A stretch of 64,000 nucleotides of DNA from assembly GCA_008632985.1 (NCBI GenBank), contig QPGO01000151.1:1-64000 (forward strand), given 5' to 3'. Position numbers and translations under genes: made by a program. Numbering within the stretch: the stretch's first letter is position 1; each line of letters starts with the position of its first letter. Source of the stretch: Psammoneis japonica (lineage: Eukaryota). Below, in pieces: positions 1 to 12,149 of this stretch. Under the pieces are notes generated by a model. It did no database searches and was not told the origin of the DNA. It worked only from the letters and a program-made list of their open reading frames with translations.

Positions 1-2486
1 TCTGTCTCCTGCAACTCTCGGTCTGACCACCACAGCTCCTACCACTGTCGGACCAACAACCATTGCTCCCACCACTGTCGGACCAACAACCATCGCTCCC
101 ACCACTCCGTCTCCTATCACTATCGGTCCGACAACCATGGCTCCTACCACTCCGTCTCCTATCACGATCGGTCCTACCACTGATTCACCTACGCCAAGCC
201 CAACAACCTACAACGATTTTCTGAGCTCGCTTTTAGCGGAAAGAAGTCCTTGGTCTGTGGAGCTCTGAAGGTGCCCGATTCGGCTCAACGTCAAGCTTTT
301 GATTGGCTCCTAGCCGATGAAGTGACCAGAGATTTGGAAGAACCTGATCAAGATCGGATTCTTCAACGATTTGCCCTTGCAACACTTTTTTACGCCATGG
401 ATGATGACGACTTTATGGACGAAACGTGGTTGACAGCGACCGACGAATGCACTTGGAGTGGAGTCGATGCTTGTAGCTCTGCAGGTGGGCTGCAGAATCT
501 AACGATCGATCAAGACAATATGAAAGCACTGCCGTTGGAACTCGGCCTATTGACAAACCTGGGTACGTCCAAGTTCGCTCTGCATTGCCTCTTCCTTCCC
601 GTGCACTCTACCTAACACTACGCTCAATGTACGTTTGAAGTTGAGTTTGACGCGTTTGCTGATGTATATAACGTCGATGTTCAGTCACACATCACTCTGC
701 TCCCTACAACGATCGGTCTGTTGACTGGTATGAGTAAGTCATTCAGCTTGGACCCGTCGTTTCTTGCCCGTGGAGCAAGTCGTATGGCATATTTTACTGA
801 CGTGGTGCTTGATGCCGCTGTTGCTTTGTAGAGAGATTTGACGTTGCGTACTATGTGGATGGTTTGCCTGAAGAAAGGGGGTATACAGGAGGCCCCATCC
901 CGTCTGAGCTGGGTCAGATGACAGCTCTCAAGGAGCTACGTTTCGGTGGAGCCTTTACGGGTACCTTACCCCAGCAGATTGGAGGACTTGTTGGTCTTAC
1001 AGAGCTTGAAATAAATGGAGGCATGATCACTGGACCAATTCCAGGACAAATTGATGAACTGACAAAGCTGACGTATCTCGATCTTGGCGGAAGCAAGTTT
1101 GTCGGTGGAATTCCCAAACAAATAGGATCCCTCTCGAACCTCGTGTACCTGAACTTGGGGGGAAACTCAATCGGCGGTCCATTTTATTCGGAGGTGGGTG
1201 ACTTATCCAAGCTAACGAGTCTTTGGCTGGGTAGGTGCAAACTAACAGGGCCTATTCCATCCGAAGTTGGGGAGTTGTCTTTGCTTCGAAACCTTTGGCT
1301 GCAAGAAAATGGCCTCACAGGTGTGATACCCACTCAAATGGGCACGATGACTGCTCTCGAAGACATTGTTTTTTCTTTCAATGCGCTTCATGGTCCAATA
1401 CCTTCAGAAATCGGCAGAGTCAGTCTTCTCCGCATCGTGAGGCTAGAGCACAATCAATTGAGCTCGAGCTTACCAACAGAGCTTGGATTGCTCACAAACC
1501 TTTCCTTATTTCGTTCTGGAAACAACCAATTTGAAGAAAAGATCCCCCCTCTTGGCTCGCTTACTCGCCTCGAAGTACTACATCTTGGTCACAACCAGTT
1601 GACTGGGTCGATACCTGTTGAACTACAAAGCTTGACTGATTTACGATTTTTGACGCTGAACGACAACAAGATTGACGGCTCGATTCCACCGGCTCTTTCA
1701 AAGATAACCAGCCTTGAAAAACTGTTCCTACACAACTTGGACCTTGTTGGTACCGTCCCCGATTCTCTCTGTGCCTTGTCACGCCTTACTCCGTTTTACT
1801 TTACTGTCGACTGCAGTGATGTTTTCTGTCCTTGCTGTCACGTATGCCAGACTCGCGAAACTATTGATATTGCTCAGTACAACTGGGAGGACGGTGCAGT
1901 CGATACGAAGCTCAGCTTTCATCCAATAGATCACCATGGCACGTTGGACGACGGAGTCAGCGCCAAGGATGGCAAATTGACTGTTTACAATGACTATGGC
2001 GTCGATCTTGGTCCCATTTCTGAGCTTGACGGAGCGACCGAAGTCTTGTTTCGCTTCGAAGACGTAAACATTACAGATTCTCGCGACTGGCTCTACCATG
2101 TGTTGCTTGGAGGTGGGTACGAGAAATACTGGGTGGCAGTGTACTACGACGACTATTTGGCAGGAGCCGTGCGAACCGAGTTACGCTTTAACATTGGCGG
2201 GTTTGGTCGTCCACGAGCTGAATTGGTGTACGACCTCGGCTTGGGCGCAGTCAAGTTTTTTGACAGCATCGAATACTACTTTGACGCATCGCAGCCGTCG
2301 AACCAACGCCTTGCGATTCGCTACAATGACGGTGAATGGACACGAGGCGGATGGAACGACTCCGATTGGACCACTAGCTTCCCAGTAAACGATGAGAGTG
2401 TGAAAATCAATGACGGGGCACGAGCAGACTGGGACGCGTTGAATGCAACCCTTGGCCAAATCACGATTAGAGCGAATCGTCCATAA
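1..2486 (+). CDS. Leucine-rich-repeat protein (5' partial): Thr/Pro stalk, LRR N-cap, LRR array, Cys cap and ~200-aa uncharacterised C-terminal domain
   Basis: Frame 2 from base 2 reads PTTVGPTTIAPTT...; cap motif QRQAFDWL..QRFALATLFYA..W...ECTWSGV; plant-type LRRs (LxLxxNxLTGxIPxExGxL). Introns ~563-640 and 734-831 join in frame to ORF 855-2486. Apparent 1-nt deletion near 261. Confidence 0.9.
20..210 (+). repeat. Coding tandem repeats (PTT-rich mucin-like stalk)
   Basis: Repeated ACCACTGTCGGACCAACAACCATYGCTCCC and ACCACTCCGTCTCCTATCACNATCGGTCC units. Confidence 0.85.
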
Positions 2487-2571
2487 GCCAGATCATTTAC
2501 AAGTAGACAAGATGAATTCATCAATACGACCTTTGAACCTTCATGGTATCTCTGGCAGTACCCCTAAACTT

Positions 2572-3183
2572 TTAGATTAGGTTGTTGCTGGTCTTCACCT
2601 TTTTGTAAGTCGACGGATCCGCCTTTCCCAACGGACTGGCCCGAGCCCATGCCTGAATGCGTTCAACGACACTCAATTCTCCGTCCCCATTTAATTCCTC
2701 CGGCACGTCCATCCTGAGAGTGATGATGTTGTAGATATCGATAGTTTCCATATTTACAAAGTCTTCGAAATCATTCAGGTCTCGTTCAGAAAGATTGGGA
2801 ACATTCTCACTTGCCCACGTTCCAAGAAGCAAGTCAACTTCAAGCCATCCGCGTTGCTTTGATCGATAAACGAGTCTTTTCTTGCGCACCTCGACCTCCA
2901 TCTCTGAGGTATCAATTTCATCCGAAGTAGCATCCATTGATCCCTTCGGAATTCCCTCCAGCGTAGGGAGTCGAACATGACGACGGTATATTTCCTCAGA
3001 CTTTGGCTTTGCTACCTTTAGTAACTTTTCCTCTTCTTTAGACAATTTGTGCGTGGCCTCGCCGCTCTCGCCGCGATACCAGCATCGCTGGAAACATGCG
3101 TGAGACGGTGGCATGACAGAGTTATGCCTCATCGCACAACGAGGCGTTGTCAGCACTGATCGTAGAGCCATTCGAGACGCCAT
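2572..3183 (-). CDS. SDHAF2: Succinate dehydrogenase assembly factor 2 (Sdh5/SdhE family), mitochondrial
   Basis: RKKRLVYRSKQRGWLEVDLLLGTWA family motif (RGxxE); Arg-rich N-terminal presequence from ATG at 3183. Confidence 0.92.
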   Translation of the reverse strand: MASRMALRSVLTTPRCAMRHNSVMPPSHACFQRCWYRGESGEATHKLSKEEEKLLKVAKPKSEEIYRRHVRLPTLEGIPKGSMDATSDEIDTSEMEVEVRKKRLVYRSKQRGWLEVDLLLGTWASENVPNLSERDLNDFEDFVNMETIDIYNIITLRMDVPEELNGDGELSVVERIQAWARASPLGKADPSTYKKVKTSNNLI

Positions 3184-3607
3184 TCTCTGCAAGCTGATTG
3201 GTCTCTTCTGTGTAGGGCTAGGCGAATGTTGTTCAAGCAGCTTACTTCGTTAACGTTGTGGCTCGGCTCGACCGCGGCGCATTCCGCAAAGCGCCGCCAG
3301 CACAGAGCACGGTGCGCAGAGCTCGCGCCAGCCCGCAACAGCTGGTGCATGTTCGTCGATCGTGACAACATCACTTTCCCTTTGACAGAGGAGCTTAAAA
3401 CGATGCGTTTAGATTTCTACAATTAATAACAGAGAGCTCTCTACAGTTGGATCGAAGATTTGTCGGTACTAAGTCTCTAGTAGAGTTAGATAGATAGACC
3501 AGAATGTGACTTTGAGGGAAGTGATGTCTAGTCTCTAGTTTAATCGCAGAATTTGGAGTTTCTTGGTAATGTCGCTGTTGGTCGCAGGTCAAAATGCTGG
3601 CTAGCGA

Positions 3608-5958
3608 CTAGGGCGCTAGTTTGTGGGATCCTCCGCTCTTCAGAGAAGGTGACTCTGGGGTTAGGAGCGCAGTCAACTTCATAAGCATGTCTTGTTCCTG
3701 TCCTTTGTCCAAGCTACGACTGTCGGAAGTTCCCCTTTTACTTCCTATATCTTTTTGGAGTCTGGAGCAATCTCTTTGTATCGACTTTCGCATTTTCTTC
3801 AATGAAAGGGATTCTGTCTTTATTTCCTTCTGCATATCGTCCATGCGATCCTTGAAAAAATCCACATGCTCTTTCAGAACCTTTTGTCGTAACTCAGGAT
3901 CGTACACTTCTTCAAACTCGCCTTTACGTCCTCCCCACCAACGCCTCTTCTCCTGGTTTTGTAACACAGCTGGACTATCTAGAACTCTAAGAACCAAATC
4001 GAAATCTTGCGAAAGACTTATCATCTGTTCCGCTCTGGTATCAAGAAGCGCGTCCACAAACAGCACCCACGCTTCTTCTTTCTTCATGTGACTAAGCTCG
4101 ACCTTTTTCTTATCTATTTCATCTTGCTTCAGGTCTTTCAGTTGGTCCATAATATCAGAGAGTTTTGTTGCGGCCATTCTTGCAGATTCTGCGTCAGACT
4201 TGGCTTCCTCTAGTTCTTGCCGTAACTCCTCATTTTCTTTTGAAATCTCTCTCGACTTTTTCACTTCTTCCTTGAGAAGTTCCACCTCCACTTTCATTGC
4301 AGGAATCTCAATAGCTGCAGCACTCACAGATTCCTGATTGTCCACCTTTGCGAAACGCAGCTCTTTCTTCAAGGAAGCAACTTCCTTTTCAAGTTCTTTT
4401 ATTCGTTGTGGAGCATCAATACTCTCATCGCCATCTTCCACAGGGAGAGGAACTGGTTCCTCCTAAGCGGGCAGAAACGGATTCGAGAAGAACAGCATTT
4501 ATTATTGAAAAATGACACGAATCGGTTTGTACACACGATGACTCATCGCTACTTACATCGTCGCCAGAAGAGTCTGGGTCAAACGAAACGACTTTCGCAA
4601 TTCCTGGAGGTGCATTCGAAGACAGTGAACGAAGAGCTTGTTGCAGTTCGGCCACTTCTGTCTTGAGAAGCTCGTTTTCCCGCCTAAGGGCGGCGGCTTC
4701 TTCGGGACTAATGGACTTTACAATGTTGCGAGTAGCGCTGTTCTTGATGTTTCTCGCGCTTGTTGCGTATCTCAATGTGTTGACAGACTCATCAATGTTA
4801 AAATCAGCAGGGCTGACACAAGCGATCATGACTGTCTTTGAGTTTCCGCCCAAGGAATCCTGTAGCAGTCGAGTTAGCTTGGAATCACGGTAAGGTGGTT
4901 TTCGGGCTGGACCCTTTGACTTTTTGCCCTGTTCTGATAGGGCTGAAACGACCTGTCCCAAAACAAACAGTCCTTTGTTGATATTGATTCCCTCCTGTTT
5001 GCGACTGCCCTTAGCACCTGTCTTCTTTATGCGTTCGGAACCTAAAATGGCGACACAAAATGATGAGCACAATCAGCAAATTCTCGGGCTGCAGCAGTAG
5101 CGTCTCAACTTCCAAAGATAAACACAACGAAACAGCTCTCTCACCTGCGAGATCCACAAGTGTAAGCTTCGAAGTAAACTTATCAACTTGGTTGTTCTCA
5201 GAATTCTCGAGAACCCCAGATATCTTTAGGGTACAAATAGCATGAGACCGACTAGACACCGCATTCATCGCAGTCGCCGCCACCACTCGTTTGCTGGATG
5301 CCTCCTCCATTAGCTCGCCGATTTCTCGTGTAGACTTTACTTCCCTAGCTGCCAATCCCGATACGTAAATCTCTCCATTCAATGTTTCTCGAATCTTCAA
5401 GCTGGTATTCTCGTCCGCTGCCAGCAAGTCTCGTATTTCTTCATTATAAATTTCCAAGTACGACAGCTCAATTCTTGCATTACCGTCGCATTTCTCTTGA
5501 ACCGTTTTGAACAAATCGGCGCACGCACGAGGAATCACGCCGTCCTCTGGCTGAACGTCTACTCCTCCTCCGGCGGCGGTACCCATTGTATGCGTTTTTC
5601 CTGCTCCAGTTTGACCATAGGCTAGAATTGTTGCATTGTAACCTCGGAAAATGTCGTCACAGACAGCACGGCAAGCTCCAGAACGGACATAGACTTCTTC
5701 TTGCGTACATTGTTTGTCGAACACTGCATCCAACTCAAACCAGCGCTTCCCCCCAGTTACGCTAGGCCCTCTCGCTTCGACCAATTCCGGTTCACCACTA
5801 GAAGCCGACCAATGCAAGCGATTATCGATATCGCCAACCCTCTGCTGCATAGAGGTCACGGTTTCTTTTGATCCGCGCTGTTCCTCGGTTCGCGACAGCG
5901 GACGGATTCTCGCGACAACGCGAACATTGGAGGAAGATGCGGCCGTGTTTCCAGTCAT
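3608..5958 (-). CDS. Kinesin motor protein (kinesin-4-like) with coiled-coil tail, 3 exons
   Basis: [11 protein letters not shown]-loop, SSRSH, DLAGSER across intron 5144-5042, [18 protein letters not shown]; second intron 4556-4463 (GTAAGT...TTAG) joins the tail in frame. Confidence 0.93.
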
Positions 5959-6378
5959 TTTATTCTATTTTAGATTAGTATGTGAGCTTTTGAAAGGAAG
6001 AACCGGGAAGTGGTCAACAGAATACCTATGATAGAGCATAGAGCCGATGTGGCGCCGAGCAAATGCGCAAGCTCTTGAACAAAAACCTGCCGTCGTTGTT
6101 CCCTCTTGGCGGGAATTGTGCCCATACGTGTGTCAGTACAAACATTTCATGTAGAAGAGACATTCCAGTGCCGAGTCTCAACGGAAACATTATTTAAAGG
6201 TATTGGCGTTGAACGCCATTCATTACGTTTATTCCATTTTGAATAAATCATATCCACGTCATCGCCGAAAAATCCCCGCCCCCGCCAAAAAGATCTTCTG
6301 CATCACGAAAGCTTTGGACACAATGAGGAGCCCTTCGAGTTTTAATTCACCATTAAGCGCTCACGGGACAACGAAGAC

Positions 6379-7934
6379 ATGGCGCCGGACGCAGAGCTCT
6401 CTGCAGTCCAGGCGCCGTCTCTTGACAACATTCCAGTCTACAAGTCCTTTCTCGAGGAGCCGGAACTCTACTGCCGAATCCATGTTCATTTGATTGGTGC
6501 TTTTTCAACGGATGGGGGTGGCATTCGGAAACGGCGCAACAAGTTGGGAGGCCGTCACCTTGTAAGAGACAAGATTGCGGACCCATACGTCATTGTGAAA
6601 ACCGTTGGTTCTGACACGGGAAGTACGGACTACTTTCCCATTGGCACGCATACCTTTAAGGTGTTGGAGAATTGCCGTATGCCTCTCTGGGATGCAAAGT
6701 GTCTTCTAATCTGCAAGAAAGATTCAACGGACTCAGTGAAGTTCACCATGCTGGACGAGAACCGTAGGAAGGATGAGGTTCTCATGGAGGTATCGCTTCC
6801 CCTCTCTGACCTCCCTGCCGCCGGCGAAGGTTGGAAAGAGTTTTCACAGTCCCCATCCGAAGGTCCCATGAAAAACATGGAGCTCGCGTTTAGCATCAAA
6901 GTTACAGACTGTGCTAATCACCGTATTGTTTCCAAGGAAGACACCGATGCGCTTTGTCTAATTTCTGGGACGATACAGTATAAAGAGGAGACGCTATTAG
7001 GGGACACTAATGATGACGAAGACAATGCTCTCCTTCAGTGCTGGCGAACCCCTGGTAACAACAGCGCTGTATTGTGGATCTTGGGCCGCAACGACTGCTT
7101 TATGCATCCACACGTGGCCAAACCACTCTTTTTCGAGCAAAACTATGATGTTTACGTGCTTAACTATAGCCAGAATGGAAGATGTCGCACGAAGGGTTGG
7201 GTGCACGATGCCCATTGTAACTCCCACAACAAGCATGGGGATTTCAATGTGTACAATCGCCAGATTGATGAAGCAATTGATATTATCAATCGCCTGTCGT
7301 ATGAGACGGTGCTTGGATACGCTCATTCAACCGGCGGGCCGGTACTTATCAATTATCTCATGGAGAACAATGACGAAGAATTTGATGGGTTTATTTTCAA
7401 CAGTCCATTCTTGGACTGGGGCTATGTGGGTGGTGACATGGTGGAGTTTGTGCTGGAAAACGTTGGATTCATGGAACGGATTGGAGTCATGCCCCTAGAC
7501 ACCAAGATGGGGGCAGCCGCTACCCCAGCCTCTCTCGCCAAAACGCCCCTCCATTATCTTGGAGAAGACATTGTTCTTTCTGAATGGGCCGCCCGCATTT
7601 GGAGTCTCTATCACTTTGGTGCGATCGACCCCTCTACAAGGTGCCCATGACGGCTGGGTTTGCTCGAGGGGTGACGAATGTGCACCGCAAACTCGAGAAA
7701 AGGCACGAGAAGAAGCGCGCCATTACTTCAAAGCCCTTCTTGTGCATCACCTCGCGAGGTGATGATGTACTCAAGGCTTCGGAGACAACAAGCCGTGCCG
7801 ACTGGATCGGACCTGCACGGTGTGAAGTGGAACTTCGCCACAACGGGCATGATGTTTTCTTGAGCCAAGATGAGGAGGATGTGACTATGGCTGTCGAAAT
7901 GGTAGCCAGTTGGATGAAATGCCATAGCTTTTAG
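6379..7934 (+). CDS. C2-domain plus alpha/beta-hydrolase (lysophospholipase-like) protein
   Basis: ADPYVIV...PLWDAK C2-like N-terminus; YAHSTGG nucleophile elbow, NSPFLDW, DDVL and GHDVFLS motifs; frameshift near 7617. Confidence 0.8.
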
Positions 7935-9254
7935 AAGTGTCAGGTAGAGCCTACCAGTTTATAAGTAATAAGATACCTGATTGTGGTGGCGCTTTCCCGG
8001 TCGCCGTATTCGAAATCATCTTTTCCGCTTCGGGGTTGTATTGATGCAAGTCCAGTTGGGGCAGAGGTGATGCATGACATGCAACAACGTCTCTATGTAC
8101 TCTTGCTGGTCACCAAGCGGTAAACCCACTTCTGTTGCTGAAGCTTGTTGCGACCCCCAGTGTGCTGCGCGCGGGTCCTCGATAACCGCTGATGGCAATA
8201 GATCCTCGACTTGTTGGAGGATCTTGCCAAGGCTGCCCTCGCATTTCAAACTGGGCACACATGTTTCAAAGACCTCTCGGTAATCTTCAATCCGATTGCA
8301 CGAGTGGAGAGGTCTCTGTCATCATAGAAACACACATGGATCATCTTAAAATCCTCCTTCAAAAGGAACAGTGACATTGTCATGACCCCATTTCCCTTGA
8401 CCATTAAAGGTGCTGAAATTCATGACATGGCTCTGTTCTTCACAATCATGCATCCATCTTCACCAAGGATGATTCATTCATTCTTGCAAGAAACACCACC
8501 TTCTGACAGCTTGTCAACACAATCTTGGTTCTTCTCAGCATTGGTTTTTATTCCACACCCTGCAGAACCATGCCACTGCCACACCAAACAAATCAGCAAC
8601 ATGCTTTCAAGCATTGTTGTTGCCTTGTTTGGTCACCCTTGACAAAAGTTCCTTGTGCTCCATTGCATGGTGCTTCAGCTCAGAATGCTTTTGTGCACCC
8701 CTGTTCCTCTTTTCTTTTTCAGCATGCTTTTGGTCATAATTTGGATTTTTCACCTGCATGTGGACACTGCATTCCCTTTGGCACTGGGAGTTGTTGGTCT
8801 TGACCATTGTTGCAGTTGTCAATGAATGAGACTTGTCACAATGGTCAGTGCATGGCAACATCATGAGTTTTGTGCGGTGCAAGCAGATGGGTTTGTCAGG
8901 TTTTGTGCTCCATTTCAAAACTTTTTTGTTTGTGATCATGTGGCCACACAGTCAATGGATGCCATTGTGGATTTTCTTGGTTGTAAGAGCAATTTTTTGT
9001 GGCTTGTGGCATCTCACTGGTGCAATGAGTGCTGAGTGTTTGGAGGATTTTGGCACTCCAATCAGTCAGATGTGCCAACCTGTCCTGTGACCCAACATTT
9101 GTTTTGACACTCAAAGATGAGATGGGCCAATTCCACAGCCACACAAACCCATGATCCAAGAAGAGAGTTGCAAGCAGGACCTGCCACAAAAGGAATGAGA
9201 GCAGGGTGTGAAATCATGCCTGTGCAAGACACTGGAACAGGTTCCAGCAGACCG

Positions 9255-9520
9255 CGAATGAGAAAAAGGCCAAAATGCCTCAAGCTCTGTCTTGATCAAT
9301 GACGCCATTTCACTCTTTTCATGGTGTCACCCAAAGGGGGTTGCAAGGCAAGGAGGCTAAGGCAGTGCTTTGCACAACATTGCTGCAAAGCTGGCAGATG
9401 AATGGCAGAAGCCTTGCTCAGAAGTGCGCCGATTTGTGAGTGCTGCAAGGATGAGCATCGCTGCTGCTGTGAGAGCTGCCCATCAGTGCCTTGCTTGGAA
9501 GCTTGCATGTCACTTCTTCT
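9255..9520 (+). mobile_element. Relic C-terminus (restriction-like endonuclease region) of a CRE/R2-type non-LTR retrotransposon
   Basis: Across frameshifts: KCLKLCLDQ*RHFTLF..GKEAKAVL..NIAAKLADEWQKPCSEV..RMSIA..VRAAHQCL, resembling the recalled KYL..CL.QRRHF.PF..KW.KPYS.V..RMSIA.VRA.H.CL consensus. Confidence 0.7.
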
Positions 9521-10189
9521 CAGATCAGCTCCAGGGGGGCACTGGTCTGTCCCTTTGCAAGTGCCAAAAGGCCCAACCTGAGTCAGATTCTCCACTTGCA
9601 GAGACAGAGTGCCAAAGCCACCCCATCATCACAAGATGCCATGGACAAAAACCTTGCCTCCTCAAACAATGTGGGCAGCACCCCAGGCCCTGCAGTGTGC
9701 CAGGATTGCATTCAAATCACTCACGCAGGATGGCGTGCACAAAACCCAACCCAAATTCACACAACTGCATTTTGACAATTGCACAAAACCCTTTTGGTGC
9801 CCTGCTGTTCACACTGTTTTGCATCTGAGTGCAGCATGGTGACTGGTGACGCGATGCACCATCAATGTTGTTAAGGCAATTGCAGAAGCAGAGGGCAAAA
9901 GCAAGATGATTTCATTTTTCAGGATTTTCCACTGTGCCAGAAAGATGCAGCATGCCACACATCTCATCACCAAAAGGCAGCAACATGAAGGTGGTGTGTT
10001 GTTGCAATGTCATGTCAGCAATGTGCTCCAGAGTCTTTTGTCATTGTGGACATTCAGTTTGTTGAGTTTGCAACAGCTTTCATTTGTGCATGTCTCCCAG
10101 GACAGCCCTCACTCATTTTCAAAATGTTGCAGCAATGGAGGAGAGCTCTGTTTTTCAACCAGTCACTTTGGTGCATTCATTGTTGAATG

Positions 10190-11900
10190 ATTGAGGCTGC
10201 ATCCAGCATTTGAAAAGTCTCATCATCATCATTGGCATTGAACGGCAATTTGTCAAGCAAATTGCACTCACCAGAATCCAAAAAATCCAACTCAGCAGAA
10301 TTCTGATTCCCTTCAATTTCACCAACAGCATCACTCTGTGACATCATCTTCTCCACCTTGCCAACATTGCCACCATCTCCTCCCTCTCCAGCTTCAGCCT
10401 CAGCCACTTCATTTGTCTCATCCATGCACACAACCTTCACCATGTTTTCTTCTCCCTTCAACTTCAGGTGTTCTGCATGATTCAGACACTTGCTTTTGAC
10501 CTCCATGTGAGGCAACCAGAGTGCCTTTGCAAGATTTGCATGTCTTTGCTGTCTTGCTCACCTTCTTGGCTGCTGTTGCTGGCAAAGGTGAGTTTGTTTT
10601 GTCTGCAGCATCTCCAGAGACATCATGTTTTGCAAATCCCATCCCTCTCCCACAGCCTCCATCATGCTTGGATTTCTCAAAAGCTGCTTGGTGGCTTGAT
10701 TTCTGCAGCATTTCACAATGACATTTTTTCTGCCTGATCTTGTTCACTGCCAGCTTCTGCTTTGCCAGCTTTGTGTTTCTCTCCTTGTCAATCATTGCCA
10801 GCCATTCTTTTGCACTGTCTGCCACAGGAATGCCCAGCTTTCTGTGCAAAAGGCAAAAACAGTCTCTTGGCAGCCATGGACAGCAGTGCTTGTGGACATG
10901 GAGATGTGGTTCTGAAGAGACATGAATCAGCCACACATCCGGTTCTTTGGTGTGCACAATGCAGTCATCTGATTCAGCACCTTGTTTGCTTGCATGTTGT
11001 TCTTGTGTGCAATTTCTTGTGGCCTCTCCAAACTGACAAACACTTGGCCACAATTTTGTGCAACTCTTTGTGCAAGCAGGGATCAATGTCTTTGCTGCAG
11101 CACTGATCCGATGTTTTCACTTGCTCTTCTTTGCTTTCCATCTTTTGTTTGCGCCAATTTCCACAATGCTGGTGGTTGTTGAAGTGATGTTCAAGAAGGC
11201 CTTGGAAGCATTCTCTCTCATTCAGTCTCTGGCAAGTCAAGGAGCTGTGTTCTCATGTGCCCAAAATTCTTCACAAGCCTCAACATGTCACAACATGCAA
11301 TGGATGTAACTTTCTTCCCCTTTCTCTTCAGATCACACAAAAGCTGTCCAAGAAAAAATGTCTTCAATGAGATGGACCCCACTTGAATTTGGGTTTGGGG
11401 ACTCCTCACTTCAGTTGGCCTGTGCGCTCCACTTTCACCAATTTGCCTTGTGAATTGGGTGCCCTTGGCCAGTCCTTGAGACATGGCCATGCTTTGCCTT
11501 GTCTTTGATCTTTCACTTGAGCTGAGCCCACATCAAGGAGTTGTCATCAGCGCCAGTCAACCCAGGGGACACTTTCTTTTTCTTGCATGTCTCCTTGCAC
11601 AACAGAACAGCACTGTGTGCTTCCAATCACTTTGAATGGCCTTTGCAATTCAAGGGGCACTGGTGCATGGGCACAGTGGCATGGCCAGTGCATCACATGC
11701 AGATGTTCTGCTGCTTGCACAAAACCATCACAATGATTGGCTTGTGAAGCTTGGGGCCAATGACAGCGGCATCTTCAGAGAGAGAGAGGCGTGCCATTGT
11801 CCACTGTGATGAGCTTGCCAGCCCATGTTGGTTGACACTGTTGCAGAAATGCCATTTGCCGGATGCCATGCACTGGTGCAAAGGAAGGAGAGTGCACATT
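10190..11900 (-). mobile_element. Degenerate Mutator-like transposase
   Basis: VSTNMGWQAHHSGQWHASLS (DMGWQKR.SG.RY.S.S), HQCPLNCKGHSK*LEA (H.C..NY.GSSK.ME), ADDNSLMWA (DDDS.MRA), LEHHFNNHQHCGNW, TQANKVLNQ..TPKNRMCG. Confidence 0.78.
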
Positions 11901-12149
11901 GCGCAAACAGAAGAGGATGATGAGTTGGATCCTCAATCAATTTTTCAGAGAAGATGTTGAGTCTGTCATGAGAGCGGAGCCCAAACAAATGCAAAGGAGC
12001 AAGTGTGTTGCGTCTTGCCATTGGATGCAGTTCTTTTACAAGTGGCTGTGGAACGTTTGTCACGAACTCGGCCTTTCCATCTGTGACAACTGCATCTGGT
12101 GTTTTGTCACTGTGATGTGATGTTGGCACAGTGTGTGGCTTGCTTGCTC

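Noticed and set aside
4425..4560. Frameshift or two separate genes in the kinesin locus
   Set aside because: Explained by a canonical 94-nt intron (4556-4463).
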